Shown here: piece after piece, positions 25,741-34,860 of the stretch | Layout: every line of letters begins with the position of its first letter | How positions within the stretch are numbered: the stretch's first letter is position 1 | Virus record (IMG/VR): IMGVR_UViG_3300045996_002337 | Span: 124,001 to 188,000 of that record | Strand: one strand, 5' to 3' | DNA: 64,000 nt | The notes under the pieces: model-generated | Database searches by the model: none | Seen by the model: the letters and a program-made list of their open reading frames with translations, nothing else | What the model was told of the DNA's origin: nothing | Translations under genes and position numbers: made by a program

Positions 25741-27150
25741 TTAATCCTTATATTCGGCTTTGAAGGTGTACAACTTTCCTTCATTATACCACGTTTTGAG
25801 CTGATTGAGCACCTCTTCTTTCGACAACGGTGGCAACGTCATTAGTGGAACTTCAATGCCGGAGTTTGACACGTGAAACGTGCGGTGATAGTAGTCGTTG
25901 TGCCGTGGTGATTTTGGGCCGGTGATAGAGAGCTTTGTATCTGTGTAGCGGACCAGCTCAAATGGATACTCGTAGTTGCTACGTTCGGCCCCATAGGGGT
26001 AGAACAAGCCTTTGCAGTCATATGACTGATAACTCGATGGTTGCCATAGCCCGGTTTCTGTTTGCACGGCGAAGAAGAACGGGCATTCGTCGGCATCGTC
26101 ATAGCCTTTGTAGATCCACATGCTTTCACGATTGGAACGATGCTTGTCCTCGTGTACCTTCTTGATGAGTGTGTGAAACAACTCCTGCGAAAGTGGAGTC
26201 TTGACCCAGTGCATCACAGCTTTCTTGTCGGTAGATGCAGAGATGAAGTCGATGTTATAGGTGCTGTTTGCAGCAGCTCTCATCTCTCGGCCATTGATGT
26301 ATTTGAGGGCTTCCTCGGTCGACATCGATCCCTTCTCGACAATGTTCGCAACCTTGATGTCACGGTAGAGAAGGACCTCATGTTCAGAATCGACAGCGTG
26401 ATATTGAATCGGCGCGTTGATTACGTATTGTGCTTCAGAGCCTTCATGGCGCTTGATATCGCCGACGTTCGAGGTGAAAACGACTGGATCGAAGCCAACA
26501 TAATCCTCGTACACCTGGCTCTTCGAGGTGAACCAGTATCGGCCAAGATACGTCGTCTCGAGTCCATTGGTCAGCACGACTTTATCACCCGGCCCAAACT
26601 TCGACTTCTCCAGGCCGGCCAGTGGCTTGATCGTTTCAGCAGCGAGTCGAGCGGTCTTGTACTCCTCGCTCGACTCGTGAATGAGAATGTTGTTTGCCCC
26701 ATCACGGCCCCAGCAGCACTTGCCGGGGATCACACCGCCTTCATTGATGCCAACCAGACGAATGATCGTCATCAGGTTCTGTGCCTGAATCTCGAGTTCG
26801 AACCCGCGCGGGTCCTCGATTCGGAAGACAACGTTGCCACCACCATAGTACGTGCGCTTGATGTCGTCGGTGACCTTGAAGCCTTCAGCGAGCTCGTTGT
26901 TGATCAGCTTCGCCTGAAGTGCCGGTACTCCATGTGGGAAACCGTGCTTGGCCCAGGAGTCAACTGTCGTCTGCCGTTTGCGGCCTTGTGCGTTGTCCTC
27001 ATGAGGCGTCGCAAATCCGAGTGGAACAGCGTATACGACGTTGCTCAATTGCCCCGTTTTCGAATCGTAGTCATATGACGCCATTTGCTGGCGAAAGCCG
27101 ACATACAGCTTCGAAAAAACCTTCATTCCCACGTTTTGTTCGTATTTCAT
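25741..27150 (-). CDS. Large hypothetical protein
   Basis: About 470 aa; start reassigned to MKYEQ. Confidence 0.65.
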   Translation of the reverse strand: MKYEQNVGMKVFSKLYVGFRQQMASYDYDSKTGQLSNVVYAVPLGFATPHEDNAQGRKRQTTVDSWAKHGFPHGVPALQAKLINNELAEGFKVTDDIKRTYYGGGNVVFRIEDPRGFELEIQAQNLMTIIRLVGINEGGVIPGKCCWGRDGANNILIHESSEEYKTARLAAETIKPLAGLEKSKFGPGDKVVLTNGLETTYLGRYWFTSKSQVYEDYVGFDPVVFTSNVGDIKRHEGSEAQYVINAPIQYHAVDSEHEVLLYRDIKVANIVEKGSMSTEEALKYINGREMRAAANSTYNIDFISASTDKKAVMHWVKTPLSQELFHTLIKKVHEDKHRSNRESMWIYKGYDDADECPFFFAVQTETGLWQPSSYQSYDCKGLFYPYGAERSNYEYPFELVRYTDTKLSITGPKSPRHNDYYHRTFHVSNSGIEVPLMTLPPLSKEEVLNQLKTWYNEGKLYTFKAEYKD

Positions 27151-27160
27151 ATGGTGAAAA

Positions 27161-27319
27161 TCACTTAGGTTGACAAGCCACACCACCACGCTGGTAATGA
27201 GCAGGTGTACACGGTTCCATGAATTTTTTCACGGGCTGACTAGCACAGGTTGAAAGAACCGCAAGCGCAACTGCTGCGATCACGAACGAAAGCCAAACAG
27301 GAAATTTTGGTGGACACAT
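27161..27319 (-). CDS. Small secreted/lipoprotein-like peptide (52 aa)
   Basis: Manual translation MCPPKFPVWLSFVIAAVALAVLSTC...; AGGAG RBS. Confidence 0.55.
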   Translation of the reverse strand: MCPPKFPVWLSFVIAAVALAVLSTCASQPVKKFMEPCTPAHYQRGGVACQPK

Positions 27320-27355
27320 TACTTTTTCTCCTCGCACGCGATTTTATAGCATTAG

Positions 27356-27405
27356 TTGACAAATAGCGGTTAACTCATTATAACCATTGACAAATAAGAA
27401 GTACA
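27356..27405. promoter_or_regulatory. Overlapping bidirectional promoter: plus TTGACA-N17-TATAAC; minus TGTACT-N17-TATAAT
   Basis: Both -10 boxes use the TTATAA palindrome. Confidence 0.6.
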
Positions 27406-27420
27406 TAGGCCCGGGCAACA

Positions 27421-27447
27421 AAAAGCCCAGGCTTGACCTGGGCTTTT
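27421..27447. terminator. Bidirectional intrinsic terminator
   Basis: aaaagcccagg-cttga-cctgggctttt. Confidence 0.8.
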
Positions 27448-27538
27448 TTGGTTCGACTTACTGTCGCTTCGCGCGATCCTTAAGTATTTCCCTCGCCTCT
27501 ATCATGGCAGCCACTGTCTCCTCATTTGGTGAATCGGA

Positions 27539-27877
27539 TCACAAAATCTTTGGGGCGGCACAAACTACGCCACCGTGCTTGACGGCGTTGAGGATGTCAC
27601 GGACACGTTCAGCACCGACGTCGGACATGGCGCAGGCCAGCGGCGTCGCCCCATCGAGCATGGGGTGTGGCTGCCGTAGCCACATAGCCGCCTCTTCATC
27701 AGACTCGAAGGTGTCACGTGCCATCGCGTCAAGCTCGAGTAGGCGCAGCATGCGGTCCATTCCCAAGACATCCGCTTGGCTTTTCTTTTGACGCCATCTA
27801 CCGAGAAGATATCCTGCCCCACCAGCTAGTAAAATCGGGATGAAGAATCCAAACACATAGTGGGCATTTTCCATCAT
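27539..27877 (-). CDS. Xre/MbcA/ParS-type antitoxin C-terminal domain (DUF2384) with an N-terminal TM helix
   Basis: ARDTFESDEEAAMWLRQPHPMLDGATPL...GAERVRDILNAVKHG. Confidence 0.8.
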   Translation of the reverse strand: MMENAHYVFGFFIPILLAGGAGYLLGRWRQKKSQADVLGMDRMLRLLELDAMARDTFESDEEAAMWLRQPHPMLDGATPLACAMSDVGAERVRDILNAVKHGGVVCAAPKIL

Positions 27878-28353
27878 GACTTTTCACCAGTGCGTCTATC
27901 TTCACCCTTCCATTTCAGACGTTCGATTTCAGTCACTCTTGCACGTAGCTCGCTGGTAGAGAAGCTGTGCTTGCGGGTGTTGAAGTAAAACTCCATGTGC
28001 GTGAGGTCGTGCCCCGTGAACGGCTTGCCCTTGTATTCGTCACCCAAAATTCGAACGTCAATGGGGTACGCCAAAAGAATATCAAGAAGGTCCTTCTCAG
28101 TCGCGTACACGACGATTTCGTCAACATACTTGCAGGCCTCGAGTTGCACAAAGCGCTCGAAGACTGACTGGACTGGCTTGTTCTTTTCCGGCCGATCAAT
28201 CGTTGGATCCGTCTGCAGCCCCACAATGAGGAAGTCGCACTGACGCCTTGCTTCACGAAGCATCATGATGTGACCTGCATGGAAGAGGTCGAAGCAAGAT
28301 GCGGTGAAGCCGGTTCTTACGTGTTCAGCTGGGCGTTCCGATAATTTCGCCAT
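27874..28353 (-). CDS. Cytidylyltransferase (TagD/RfaE-II-like)
   Basis: GFTASCFDLFHAGH (HxGH), LIVGL, ER...CKYVDEI, GDEY. Confidence 0.88.
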   Translation of the reverse strand: MAKLSERPAEHVRTGFTASCFDLFHAGHIMMLREARRQCDFLIVGLQTDPTIDRPEKNKPVQSVFERFVQLEACKYVDEIVVYATEKDLLDILLAYPIDVRILGDEYKGKPFTGHDLTHMEFYFNTRKHSFSTSELRARVTEIERLKWKGEDRRTGEKS

Positions 28354-29057
28354 TTGATTCCCTGTTCAATATGTTGAATTGCCTTGTTCACGTCATCACC
28401 TGGAACTTGAAGATCCCATCGCGTAACGTTTGACCATGCTCGTTCTTCACCAGTGATGGAAAGGAGACGGTTGGTGTGAATATGAATAAGCTTCTCGGCC
28501 GCATCATGCATGTCCATTGATGTCAGCAGCGCAGAAACGTTCTGTGAGGATTTGGCGATATTGTGAAGCGCATTACGAATGTCCAGCGCGGTTCGGCGGT
28601 TCAGCCGGGCGATGCGCTCTGATTCAACGGTGTGTACGTAGATCTTGAAGATTTCCCATCCATTGTCTCTACACAGCTGCTCGTACATCTCGAGACCCTT
28701 CGGTTCCAAGATCACGATCGGCGCCCTGTCACCGTGCATCTTACCTTGCATTTCTTTATGCGTCACGCCGTAACGAACGCCCTGAAATGTGATGAGCTCT
28801 GCGAACTCACCGTTCTTTTCCATTGCCAACGATTGCTCAACGCTAATGAAGTTGTAGTCAACTCCTTCCACCTCACCATCGCGCCGCGCACGTGTAGTGG
28901 TGCTGACGATGCGCGAGAACATTGGCTCGAACTGATAGGCCTGCCCTCGCTTTGCCACGGCAGCAGGATCCGGTTTCGTCATCGCATCAAGCAGGTACGA
29001 CTTGCCAGAGCACGTAGGGGCCGTCATTGTGACGAGAGTAGGTTTGTCAAATTTCAT
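28317..29057 (-). CDS. gmk: Guanylate kinase-like NMP kinase
   Basis: APTCSGKS, STTTRARRDGEVEGVDYNF, GVRYG. Confidence 0.75.
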   Translation of the reverse strand: MKFDKPTLVTMTAPTCSGKSYLLDAMTKPDPAAVAKRGQAYQFEPMFSRIVSTTTRARRDGEVEGVDYNFISVEQSLAMEKNGEFAELITFQGVRYGVTHKEMQGKMHGDRAPIVILEPKGLEMYEQLCRDNGWEIFKIYVHTVESERIARLNRRTALDIRNALHNIAKSSQNVSALLTSMDMHDAAEKLIHIHTNRLLSITGEERAWSNVTRWDLQVPGDDVNKAIQHIEQGIKWRNYRNAQLNT

Positions 29058-29104
29058 GATGCAATTATACCAAAGTTAGATCTTGTTACAAATGAGTCGT
29101 AGGT

Positions 29105-30238
29105 TCAACAGAAGGCATTGTAAAACTCCAATCTATTCTTCCCAGCTCTCTTAGCGCAGTACATCGCCTTGTCAGCCTTATCACGCAGGTCGTTAATGTC
29201 TCCAGAATCATCAGGATAAATGGCGACACCAATGCTGGCGCCAATCTTGATGTTGCGCTCTCCAATTGGAACCCGCACTATCTCAATCATTGCCTGACCA
29301 ATCTCATGAATCGCCTTCAGGTCATGGGCTTCTCCAAGGATCGCGATAAATTCATCACCGCCAATGCGGGCGACAGTGTCAGTGTTTCGTACGACCCCTG
29401 ACAATCTGTCAGCAACTTCCTTCAGAACTTCGTCACCTACACCATGGCCGTAGGTGTCATTCACTGCCTTAAACCCGTCGAGATCAATAAACATAACAGC
29501 AACCTTATCACCAACTCGCTTTGCGTGAAGCGCCGCCATTTGAAGGCGGTCCTCAGCAACCCGAACTGAGGGCAATCCCGTAAGGTGGTCCTTACGGGCA
29601 AGTTGTTCAAGCTCAAGCTTTTGTTGATCCACAATTTCACGCTGTGATAAAAGTAGATCTCGCTGCTCAGCCACTTGATCAAGAAGATCGATGACCGTCC
29701 GCTGAAAGCGACTAACAGACACGAGTGTAATAAACGGCACTGCAACCGCAATCGCGAGAAAATTCAACCACCCTGACGGGCTTGCCACATGTTCAGCCAG
29801 ATTGAACGGGGGTTGAATCCATCCATTCATGAAGCAGATGCCAGCCGAAACCATTGAGGCGGCGGCCAGGACAGTAATTACAACGCTGGCTTCATGCGAG
29901 TACAGCATGCACACCAAGAACGTGCTGAACGCGACCCAAAAGAAACCAGTCCCCGTCATACCAAGAGAAAAAATCCCTGACAGCCCTAGCGTCATCGAGA
30001 AGATGATCAGCCCAATTGCCATGAAGTTGAAGCTAAGCTTGTTACGGGCAAGGGCAACAACGATGGTCGACAAGAAGAGGATGAAATGCAAGATCAGCTG
30101 TGTGTGCCAGCCAATATCAACCCCGCGCCAAATAATGATGGGTGCGTCAATGACCGCGAGGATGGCCGCCCCCACCCACACCTGTTTTACAAATCGGTGT
30201 TTGCTCTCTCGCAGCTTCGTGTGGGTGGTTGTCGTCAT
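29105..30238 (-). CDS. Membrane-bound diguanylate cyclase
   Basis: About 5-6 TM helices, coiled coil, DHLTGL, FIDLDGFKAVNDTYGH.VGD, RNTD I-site, GGDEF. Confidence 0.93.
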   Translation of the reverse strand: MTTTTHTKLRESKHRFVKQVWVGAAILAVIDAPIIIWRGVDIGWHTQLILHFILFLSTIVVALARNKLSFNFMAIGLIIFSMTLGLSGIFSLGMTGTGFFWVAFSTFLVCMLYSHEASVVITVLAAASMVSAGICFMNGWIQPPFNLAEHVASPSGWLNFLAIAVAVPFITLVSVSRFQRTVIDLLDQVAEQRDLLLSQREIVDQQKLELEQLARKDHLTGLPSVRVAEDRLQMAALHAKRVGDKVAVMFIDLDGFKAVNDTYGHGVGDEVLKEVADRLSGVVRNTDTVARIGGDEFIAILGEAHDLKAIHEIGQAMIEIVRVPIGERNIKIGASIGVAIYPDDSGDINDLRDKADKAMYCAKRAGKNRLEFYNAFC

Positions 30239-30252
30239 CGCTTTCTTACGCT

Positions 30253-31467
30253 TTATTCAATGTCTGGCTGGGTATCACCTGCGAGAAATTTTCGAACTTG
30301 TGCTAGGGTTGAGTTAACGCAAGGTTGCATGTCCGTGTACACGTATCGCCCGCAGCGACCGATGAAGTGAATGCCATCCGCCCTGGCCCGCTCACGGTAT
30401 TTCTTGTAGAGCTCACGGTTCGGGTCAACAGCATGAGACGTCTTCACTGGATAGTAGCGCTCCATGCTGTTGTCCTTGTAGTCGCACGGCTCTTCGATGG
30501 TAAGCGTCGTCCAGTGCGGATTGCCGCCGTGCCCCGGCAGCTGCTTCCACTCGGTGGCGCGGGTGTGCGGACCATCATGTGTGAAGTTGACGACTGGAGC
30601 GGAGAGCGCTTTCGGCAGCGGCACGCTGTACGTGTGGCACTTGATCGACCGCCAAGGTAGCTCGCCCATGTCGCAGTTGTAGTACGTGTCGATCGGCTCG
30701 GACGTGAAGACGGCGTCGAAGTTCACGTTGTCCCATTCGCGGTCGATGACGCATGGATACGAGTACGTCGCACCGTATTGCGGCAGTTGCTTCCGCTCGG
30801 TGCTGAGCTTGAGCGTGATGTTCGGGTGATCGAAGATGCGCTTGAACATCGCCGTGTACCCATCCTTTGGCAAGCACTGGTGCTTGTCCTTCGGGAAGTA
30901 GTAGGGGTCGTAGTCGCTCTTCGTGGGAATTCGTGCAGCCACAGATGTGGGCAAATCACTCAAATCCATGCCCCACATCTTCTTGGTGTAGGGCGCGAAG
31001 AACAGCTCGCAAAGCTCCTTGCCAACCGATGCCTCAACGTGCTGGCGCGAGTTGGTGATCTTGTCGTGCTTCACCAACTTTTTCTCAAAGAACTCCGTAA
31101 ACTGCCAGTCATCGAGGTAGTTCGGTCCATACGCGGCGACGATTTCATTCCCGAAAACCGTCTCAATGGTGCCTCGGTTGATTGGAAGCGGAACGTGCTG
31201 ACCATCTGGAAGCTGCGCGTGAACCCAGTGCTTGTACGGCAGCCACTCGGTGAAACGCGAAGCCCATTCCTGGGCGACGTCGTTGCTTCCGTGCCAGAGA
31301 TGGGGGCCATACTTATGCACCCGAATTCCATGCTCATTCACGAAATCATACGCGTTACCAGCGATGTGGTTGCGTTTGTCAATCACAAGCACCTCCCACC
31401 CTGCTTCTGCTAGCTCACGAGCAACAACTGCGCCGGCAAAACCAGCGCCAACAACCAAAGCTTTCAT
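30253..31467 (-). CDS. glf: UDP-galactopyranose mutase
   Basis: GAGFAG FAD motif, HIAGNAYD, HKYGPH, RYYP, GRCGRYVYTDM. Confidence 0.92.
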   Translation of the reverse strand: MKALVVGAGFAGAVVARELAEAGWEVLVIDKRNHIAGNAYDFVNEHGIRVHKYGPHLWHGSNDVAQEWASRFTEWLPYKHWVHAQLPDGQHVPLPINRGTIETVFGNEIVAAYGPNYLDDWQFTEFFEKKLVKHDKITNSRQHVEASVGKELCELFFAPYTKKMWGMDLSDLPTSVAARIPTKSDYDPYYFPKDKHQCLPKDGYTAMFKRIFDHPNITLKLSTERKQLPQYGATYSYPCVIDREWDNVNFDAVFTSEPIDTYYNCDMGELPWRSIKCHTYSVPLPKALSAPVVNFTHDGPHTRATEWKQLPGHGGNPHWTTLTIEEPCDYKDNSMERYYPVKTSHAVDPNRELYKKYRERARADGIHFIGRCGRYVYTDMQPCVNSTLAQVRKFLAGDTQPDIE

Positions 31468-31736
31468 TCTTTTCCCTTGTAAATGTGAATTGCGAAAGGA
31501 ACCTCATCGTTACAACTGATTTCCCAGAAGGCCACAAATCGCTGGGCCTTCATGTTGTATGTATGCTCAAGAACGTGCAACGAATAGCTGACATTGGTCG
31601 GGACGAGGCCCTTCAAAACCCCATGCCAAAACGATGCCAAATGCGATTCTTGTATATCGCGATATGGGCAGCCCGCAACATGGGTTTCGTAAAACTCAAG
31701 CAGAGCTTCAATTTGTTCTGGGGTGATATCGGTCAT
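31464..31736 (-). CDS. Hypothetical protein
   Basis: 90 aa, coupled between the glycosyltransferase and glf. Confidence 0.55.
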   Translation of the reverse strand: MTDITPEQIEALLEFYETHVAGCPYRDIQESHLASFWHGVLKGLVPTNVSYSLHVLEHTYNMKAQRFVAFWEISCNDEVPFAIHIYKGKE

Positions 31737-32917
31737 TTGTCAGCTTCCAAAATGGCGCGCAGTTCTTCCTTCTGCAGATCTTTGCTGAGGTGGTGCGTCT
31801 TGTACAGCGCGACCTTCTGTGCATCTGCAATGTCACGAAGCTCTTCATCGCTGAGGTTCACGAGATCGCTTGCCTTCAGGCCGTAGTACTCGTACTCGGC
31901 GCCGTAGTAGACACGCAGCTCCTTCTCTTCACCAATGAGGATAGATCCTGCATCAGCACACTGCAGAGGACGAGCGCGCCACCAGCCGGACCCAGCATGT
32001 TCGTAACCAGGCATCAAGCAGCCCCAGTCACGTGTGATGATTTCCACCATCTGATCTTCAGTCAGGCGTTTCTGTGTTTCAGCTTTCGACCCGTAAAGGT
32101 CAACAGCCCAACCACCGATCGTGCCTTCTTCGTCGTTCTTCGGGTTGCCCGTGTAGCCTTGCTTCTTCAGCCACTTCTGGGTCTTCGATTGAACGAGGGA
32201 GGCGAAGTTGAAGCGACGTTCCTTTTCAGGCAAACGAATCATTTTATAAATCGCAGCTGCATCGTCACCAAAGTTCAGCGTTGATTTCCAAGTCGGATCT
32301 TCCGAACCTTCATGAATCAAATCACCGATCTTTCGGTTGCGGTGGTACGGGTTCGGGTTGTAGACGAAGAGGCGGTCGCGTGGATAGGCGATCTTGTCGA
32401 ACAACAGGTGAGGACCGTAGTTCTCGTCGTCACCAACGTGCTCAGTGCGGAAGGCGCTGATCAGCATGCGATTCTTCATCGCGGTGATCGTAGCAATCGC
32501 GGCCATGAACTTGTCCTCATACGGCTGCACGACCTCGAGCGTCTTCTTGTTCACGTCGAGAATGAACTGCGCGAAGAGCTCATTCGGCTTCCCATCGCAC
32601 TTTGCCACGCCCTTGAACAGGTCAGGAACTTGCCAGTCATCGAACGCGAGGATGCACTTGGGATGTTGACTGATTGCCCAGAGGCCCTCGTAAACGGTGG
32701 TTGCCACGAGCTGACGAGGACCGGCAATGAACACGATGACTTCATCGTAGCCGCTCAGGTCTTCGCCGAGTGTGACTTGACGCTGCTCAACCTCGTGACC
32801 CATGTCAACGAGGCAGTTGAACAGAGAGTAGTGCGAAGGCACCACCTTCAAGTTTTGACGAAGGTAGAACTTGCGGGTGCACTGATTTTTGTTGAAGCCG
32901 GTGATGAGAATTTTCAT
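31733..32917 (-). CDS. GT-B glycosyltransferase resembling T4 DNA beta-glucosyltransferase
   Basis: MKILI...VVPS...LFNCLVDMGHEV...YDEVIVF and RARPLQCADAGSILI align by eye to T4 BGT. Confidence 0.65.
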   Translation of the reverse strand: MKILITGFNKNQCTRKFYLRQNLKVVPSHYSLFNCLVDMGHEVEQRQVTLGEDLSGYDEVIVFIAGPRQLVATTVYEGLWAISQHPKCILAFDDWQVPDLFKGVAKCDGKPNELFAQFILDVNKKTLEVVQPYEDKFMAAIATITAMKNRMLISAFRTEHVGDDENYGPHLLFDKIAYPRDRLFVYNPNPYHRNRKIGDLIHEGSEDPTWKSTLNFGDDAAAIYKMIRLPEKERRFNFASLVQSKTQKWLKKQGYTGNPKNDEEGTIGGWAVDLYGSKAETQKRLTEDQMVEIITRDWGCLMPGYEHAGSGWWRARPLQCADAGSILIGEEKELRVYYGAEYEYYGLKASDLVNLSDEELRDIADAQKVALYKTHHLSKDLQKEELRAILEADK

Positions 32918-33114
32918 TTGTTACCTAGTCGTTTGAGAAGTTCTTCACGGATGCCGTCTTGGTCGAACTCATACTTATTCGCGTGAAACCTGCAGTAAGG
33001 ATCATAGTGGTTGCAAGCCACAAATGTTTCAAACAGATCAATCAGCGCAGAATCTGAAAGAGCTTTCAGCTCTTCAAGGGACATCTGGTGATGATTGAAC
33101 ATCAGAAAAACCAA
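32914..33114 (-). CDS. Small hypothetical protein
   Basis: 66 aa coupled ORF. Confidence 0.5.
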   Translation of the reverse strand: MVFLMFNHHQMSLEELKALSDSALIDLFETFVACNHYDPYCRFHANKYEFDQDGIREELLKRLGNK

Positions 33115-33314
33115 CCCATGAATGAACCAAGTGGTGGAATGAAGATGCCGACCACGCGCACGATGCCAATGCCCGTGGAAAGCGCGTCAGACATGCCGAT
33201 AAGATCAGCGATGTTCAGGCACCACCCGACGATACCAAGCACCGCTAGCGTTAGCCAAAACAAAAGCGCCACAAGGCCAATTTTTTCATAGCGCCGCAAT
33301 CCAGTTCGCTTCAT
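33102..33314 (-). CDS. Small membrane protein
   Basis: Two hydrophobic helices. Confidence 0.6.
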   Translation of the reverse strand: MKRTGLRRYEKIGLVALLFWLTLAVLGIVGWCLNIADLIGMSDALSTGIGIVRVVGIFIPPLGSFMGWFF

Positions 33315-33385
33315 TTTCTTCCTTAAGGATGTTATGAGGTCTATTGTAACCCGACTTTGCCAGAGCCGATACCATATTTTATAGG

Positions 33386-33892
33386 TCAGAGCGCCCGTTT
33401 AAGTTCATCAATCAACGCGTACGGCTCTTTCGATTTGAACCGTTTTGCGAATTGGGGGTGATAGACCTTCACGTACTCAGATGTAGGAGCGTTGCGCCGC
33501 ACCCACATCTCGGCTTTGCCGCCGAGACAAATGATCGCTGGTTTACCGGCCATCAGATCCTGCACATAAACAGGGTCAAGCGTGGTCCCGTCTGCAAGTT
33601 CAGCGTTAAACCACACCAACTTTTCTTCCTCTATGCCCGCCTCGACAAGTTGCTTGTTGAGCCACAGGCTCGAGTTCTTTGTGCTGTAAAAGGGGGTGTG
33701 ATGGTAACCTGCAGTTGTTGGTCTACCTGGCCCGGGCGTGTCACCAATTACGATCGCCTTCGTTAAACCATTGTACTGTCGGTGCAGGGCCCGCAGGTAT
33801 ATATGCTTGCGAATCTGCAGCTGATCACGAATGCCCTTCTGAATTTCTGGTGTCAACTTGTCGAACGCCGCCCCAAAAATACTAGCGCCCAT
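33386..33892 (-). CDS. Uracil-DNA glycosylase superfamily protein (family 4-like)
   Basis: IVIGDTPG...PF...SS.WL...WFNA...ICLG.KA...YHPQF..R. Confidence 0.65.
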   Translation of the reverse strand: MGASIFGAAFDKLTPEIQKGIRDQLQIRKHIYLRALHRQYNGLTKAIVIGDTPGPGRPTTAGYHHTPFYSTKNSSLWLNKQLVEAGIEEEKLVWFNAELADGTTLDPVYVQDLMAGKPAIICLGGKAEMWVRRNAPTSEYVKVYHPQFAKRFKSKEPYALIDELKRAL

Positions 33893-34595
33893 TTTTTGCT
33901 CCAAGGGTGGTCATGCCAATGTTGAAAGAGGACAAGCTCGTGTTGATCGTGGCCCGCTTCGAGATAGCTTTTTCTTCAGAGCGAGGGTCATCGTTGATCG
34001 AGAGCTTCACGAAATCATGAAGACGATCATATTCGGCGTCCTCAACCCCCAATGTGGTCTTCGCGGCGGGGCGAAGCTCTTCCTTGATGATGTCGGCCTT
34101 CTTGCAGATCTGCCGCTGGAGCTCTTGGCATTCCTCAACAATTGCGGCGATCAAAGTTTTGAGGTCGGTGATCTCGTCGAGGTTAAAGTACGCGGAAGAA
34201 TACTCATTATCCAAGTACTTGATTTCATTGGGTGTGAGCTCGTGATTTTTGATTTGGTGTTCGGGAGCGAGCGACACACTGATGCCGTATTGGGCAAGGT
34301 GATCGCGTACGATTTGTCCGCTGCCAATGAAATCCAACACACGGTACATGCCTGCGAAGCTGTCAAGGAGGGCCTCCATGCGGCCCTTCGAGTTGGGCGT
34401 GGGCCAGCCGCCACCCAAATAATAAAGCGCGTCGACGGCTTTCTTCACATCTGCGTGTGAGACGCCTGCTGAATAAACGGCGATGTCAGTGAGCGCGCGG
34501 TACTGGCTATAGTGCTCAGTAATTTCTGCGCGAATCGCAACCGCCGTTTTGATCAGGCCGAGCGCCTCTTCAGCTTTCGCAACGAGTTTAGTCAT
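33882..34595 (-). CDS. Helical hypothetical protein
   Basis: MTKLVAK start with GGAG RBS. Confidence 0.6.
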   Translation of the reverse strand: MTKLVAKAEEALGLIKTAVAIRAEITEHYSQYRALTDIAVYSAGVSHADVKKAVDALYYLGGGWPTPNSKGRMEALLDSFAGMYRVLDFIGSGQIVRDHLAQYGISVSLAPEHQIKNHELTPNEIKYLDNEYSSAYFNLDEITDLKTLIAAIVEECQELQRQICKKADIIKEELRPAAKTTLGVEDAEYDRLHDFVKLSINDDPRSEEKAISKRATINTSLSSFNIGMTTLGAKNGR

Positions 34596-34644
34596 TGTGG
34601 CTCCAGTAAAAGAACATTCTAACACCTGTTGCCACAATTGTACA

Positions 34645-34860
34645 CTATCGCCTAATCAGATCCTGCGCAGCCACGTCAATCTTCAGGAGGTGAAGCTTTT
34701 CACAAAGCTCCTCGTCGCTGTGTATGTAAAGGAACTTGTCGGCGAGCAGTTCGTGCTTTGGATCCGCGTGATGGTAAATGAACGTGATATAGCCCTGGCT
34801 CTGACTCTCGTTCAACAGGCTCCGAATCCCGTGGGGATTTGAGATGGCGATGACCTTCAT
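34645..34860 (-). CDS. Hypothetical protein
   Basis: 71 aa. Confidence 0.5.
   Translation of the reverse strand: MKVIAISNPHGIRSLLNESQSQGYITFIYHHADPKHELLADKFLYIHSDEELCEKLHLLKIDVAAQDLIRR

Noticed and set aside
27539-27541. Genome-wide TGA recoding suggested by the in-frame antitoxin extension
   Set aside because: Conserved proteins (gp39, Tpt1, DHFR) end at TGA at expected lengths with ATGA coupling, so the standard code applies
27387-27791. 134-aa plus-strand ORF after the TTGACA promoter
   Set aside because: Runs through a strong terminator and is antisense to the antitoxin gene; TTG start with no RBS
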